Assembly: GCA_030390025.1 (NCBI GenBank)
Contig: CM059438.1
Span: 60,328,001-60,392,000, forward strand
DNA length: 64,000 bases
DNA from: Squalus acanthias
Lineage: Eukaryota
Reading direction: 5' to 3'
The notes under the pieces were generated by a model that did not search any database, was not told where the DNA came from, and was given only the letters and a program-made list of their open reading frames with translations. A program made the translations under genes and the position numbers. Shown here piece by piece: positions 59,701 to 64,000 of this stretch. Numbering within the stretch: position 1 is the stretch's first letter; every line of letters begins with the position of its first letter.

Positions 59701-62700
59701 AAACACTCCTACACCCTACAACCAGTAGAATCACTCCTGCACTCGACAACCAGTAGAATCACTCCTTCACCCTACAACCAGTAGAATCACTCCTGCACTC
59801 GACAACCAGTAGAATCACTCCTACACTCGACAACCAGTAGAAACACTCCAACACCATAGAACCAGTAGAATCGCTCCTACACCCTGCAGAATCGCTCCTA
59901 CAACCAGTAGAATCGCTCCTAGACCCAGTAGAATCGCTCCTACACCCTGCAGAATCACTCCTACATCCTACAACCAGTAGAAACACTCCTACACTCGACA
60001 ACCAGCAGAATCACTCCTACACCCTACAACCAGTAGAATCACTCCTACACCCTACAACCAGTAGAATCACTCCTACACCCTACAACCAGTAGAATCACTC
60101 CTACACCCTACAACCAGTAGAATCACTCCTTATACCCTACAACCAGTAGAAACACTCCTACACTCGACAACCAGTAGAAACACTCCTATACTCGACAACC
60201 AGTAGAATCACTCCTACACCCTACAACCAGTAGAATCACTCCTACACCCTACAACCAGTAGAAACACTCCTGCACTCGACAACCAGTAGAATCACTCCTA
60301 CACCCTACAACCAGTAGAATCACTCCTGCACTCGACAACCAGTAGAATCACTCCTACACCCAACAACAAGTAGAATCACTCCTACACCCAACAACCAGTA
60401 GAATCACTCCTACACCCAACAACAAGTAGAATCACTCCTACACCCAACAACCAGTAGAATCACTCCTACACCCTACACCCAGTAGAATCGCTCCTACACC
60501 CTGCAGAATCGCTCCTACACCCAGTAGAATCATTCCTACACCCTGCAGAATCACTCCTACACCCAGTAGAATCATTCCTACACCCTGCAGAAACACTCCT
60601 ACACCCAGTAGAATCATCCCTACAACCTGCAGAATCACTCCCACACCCTACAACCAGTAGAATCACTCCTACACCCTACAACCAGTAGAATCACTCCTAC
60701 AATCTACAACCAGTAGAATCACTCCTACACCCTACAACCAGTAGAATCACTCCTACACTCGACAACCAGTAGAAACACTCCTACACCCTACAAACAGTAG
60801 AATCACTCCTACACCCGACAACCAGTAGAATCGCTCCTACACCCTGCAGAATCTGTCCTACACCCTGCAGAATCACTCTTACACCCAGTAGAATCATTCC
60901 TACACGCAGTAGAATCGCTCCTACACCCAGTAGAATCGCTCCTACACCCTGCAGAATCGCTCCTACACCCAGTAGAATCACTCCTACAACCAGTAGAATC
61001 ACTCCTACACCCTACAACCAGTAGAATCATTCCTACACCCAGTAGAATCGCTCCTACACCCAACAACCAGTAGAATCACTCCTACACTCTACAACCAGTA
61101 GAATCACTCCTACACCCTACAACCAGTAGAATCACTCCTACACCCTACAACCAGTAGAATCACTCCTACACCCTACAACCAGTAGAATCACTCCTACACC
61201 CTACAACCAGTAGAATCACTCCTTATACCCTACAACCAGTAGAATCACTCCTACACTCGACAACCAGTAGAAACACTCCTACACCCTACAACCAGTAGAA
61301 TCACTCCTACACCCTACAACCAGTAGAAACACTCCTGCACTCGACAACCAGTAGAATCACTCCTACACCCTACAACCAGTAGAATCACTCCTGCACTCGA
61401 CAACCTATAGAATCACTCCTACACTCTACAACCAGTAGAAATACTCCGACACCCTACACCCAGTAGAATCGCTCCTACACCCTGCAGAATCGCTCCTACA
61501 CCCAGTAGAATCATTCCTACACCCTGCAGAATCGCTCCTACACCCAGTAGAATCATTCCTACACCCTGCAGAATCACTCCTACACCCAGTAGAATCATCC
61601 CTACAACCAGTAGAATCACTCCTACACCCTACAACCAGTAGAATCACTCCTACACTCTACAACCAGTAGAATCACTCCTACACCCTACAACCAGTAGAAT
61701 CACTCCTGCACTCGACAACCAGTAGAATCACTCCTACACCCGACAACCAGTAGAATCACTCCTACACTCGACAACCAGTAGAATCACTCCTACACCCTAC
61801 AACCAGTAGAATCACTCCTACATCCGACAACCAGTAGAAACACTCCTACACCCTACAAACAGTAGAATCACTCCTACACCCGACAACCAGTAGAATCGCT
61901 CCTACACCCTGCAGAATCACTCTTACACCCAGTAGAATCATTCCTACACCCAGTAGAATCGCTCCTACACCTGCAGAATCGCTCCTACACCCAGTAGAAT
62001 CACTCCTACAACCAGTAGAATCACTCCTACACCCTACAACCAGTAGAATCGCTCCTACACCCAGTAGAATCGCTCCTACACCCTGCAGAATCTCTCCTAC
62101 ACCCAGTAGAATCGCTCCTACACCCTGCAGAATCGCTCCGACACCCAGTAGAATCACTCCTACACCCAGTAGAATCACTCCTACACCCTACACCCAGTAG
62201 AATCACTCCGACACCCTACAACCAGTAGAATCACTCCTACACCCTACAACCAGTAGAATCATTCCAACACCCTACAACCAGTAGAATCACTCCTACACTC
62301 TACAACCAGTAGAATCACTCGTACACTCGACAACCAGGCGAATCACTCCTACATCCTACAACCAGTAGAATCACTGCTACACCCTACACCCAGTAGAATC
62401 ATTCCTACACCCTACAACCAGTAGAATCACTCCTACACTCGACAACCAGTAGAATCACTCCTACACCCTACAACCAGTAGAATCACTCCTACACCCTACA
62501 ACCAGTAGAATCACTCCTACACTCGACAACCAGGAGAATCACTCCTACACAATACAACCAGCAGAATCACTCCTACACCCTACAACCAGCAGAATCACTC
62601 CTACACTCGACAACCAGTAGAATCACTCCTACACCCTACAACCAGTAGAATCACTCCTACACCCTACAACCAGTAGAATCACTCCTACACTCGACAACCA

Positions 62701-64000
62701 GGAGAATCACTCCTACACCCTACAACCAGCAGAATCACTCCTACACCCTACAATCAGTAGAATCACTCCTACACCCTACAACCAGTAGAATCACTCCTAC
62801 ACCCTACAACCAGTAGAATCACTCCTACATCCTACAACCAGTAGAATAACTCCTACACCCTACAACCAGTAGAATCACTCCTGCACTCGACACCAGTAGA
62901 ATCACTCCTACACCCGACAACCAGTAGAATCACTCCTACACTCGACATCCAGTAGAAACACTCCAACACCATAGAACCAGTAGAATCGCTCCTACACCCT
63001 GCAGAATCGCTCCTACAACCAGTAGAATCGCTCCTAGACCCAGTAGAATCGCTCCTACACCCTGCAGAATCACTCCTACACCCTGCAGAATCATCCCTAC
63101 ACCCTACAACCAGTAGAAACACTCCTACACTCGACAACCAGCAGAATCACTCCTACACCCTGCAGAATCACTCCTACACCCAGTAGAATCGCTCCTACAC
63201 CCTGCAGAATCGCTCCTACACCCTGCAGAATCTCTCCTACACCCAGTAGAATCGCTCCTACACCCTGCAGAATCTCTCCTACACCCAGTAGAATCATTCC
63301 TACACCCTGCAGAATCGCTCCTACACCCAGTAGAATCATTCCTACACCCTGCAGAATCACTCCTACACCCAGTAGAATCATCCCTACAACCTGCAGAATC
63401 ACTCCTACACCCTACAACCAGTAGAATCACTCCTACACTCTACAACCAGTAGAATCACTCCTACACCCTACAACCAGTAGAATCACTCCTACACTCTACA
63501 ACCAGTAGAATCACTCCTGCACTCGACAACCAGTAGAATCACTCCTACACCCGACAACCAGTAGAATCACTCCTACACTCGACAACCAGTAGAATCACTC
63601 CTACACCCTACACCAGTAGAATCACTCCTACATCCGACAACCAGTAGAAACACTCCTACACCCTACAAACAGTAGAATCACTCCTACACCCGACAACCAG
63701 TAGAATCGCTCCTACACCCTGCAGAATCTGTCCTACACCCTGCAGAATCACTCTTACACCCAGTAGAATCATTCCTACACCCAGTAGAATCGCTCCTACA
63801 CCCAGTAGAATCGCTCCTACACCCTGCAGAATCGCTCCTACACCCAGTAGAATCACTCCTACAACCAGTAGAATCACTCCTACACCCTACAACCAGTAGA
63901 ATCGCTCCTACACCCAGTAGAAATCTCCTACACCCTGCAGAATCTCTCCTACACCCAGTAGAATCGCTCCTACACCCTGCAGAATCGCTCCTACACCCAG
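56799..64000. repeat. >7.2-kb satellite of mixed 21- and 28-bp units (AGAATCACTCCTACACCC-TGC/AGT/TACAACCAGT)
   Basis: Directly visible; runs off the window edge. Confidence 0.97.

Noticed and set aside
56793..63877. Hydrophobic or Cys-rich heptad ORFs on the minus strand
   Set aside because: Satellite artefacts.

Overview
Eukaryotic, repeat-dense genomic DNA, most likely from a cartilaginous fish (inferred from the Deu-domain tRNA-SINE, CR1, L2, Penelope and Harbinger repertoire). It contains two divergently transcribed protein-coding genes. BSPRY (B-box/coiled-coil/SPRY) is on the minus strand: six coding exons run from the ATG at 37547 off the left edge, all with GT-AG junctions and matching phases. 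A GM2-activator (GM2A)-like gene is on the plus strand, with a signal-peptide exon at 50848-50958 and a 162-nt exon at 56637-56798; the rest lies beyond a >7 kb intronic satellite. The remainder is mobile DNA: a CR1 LINE with an uninterrupted ORF2, many CR1 and L2 fragments, Deu-SINEs, nested PIF/Harbinger and hAT non-autonomous elements, foldback MITEs and Penelope-like remnants. Eight minisatellite loci cover roughly a quarter of the window. The most notable observations are: a U_UUA_AAC -1 slippery site joining CR1 ORF1 to an ORF2 with no AUG before its endonuclease; three intact-looking minimal hammerhead ribozymes with palindromic helix III in Penelope remnants; a 45-copy satellite born inside a SINE; and a satellite whose first unit overlaps a splice donor. 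Almost all ORFs in the supplied track are repeat artefacts.
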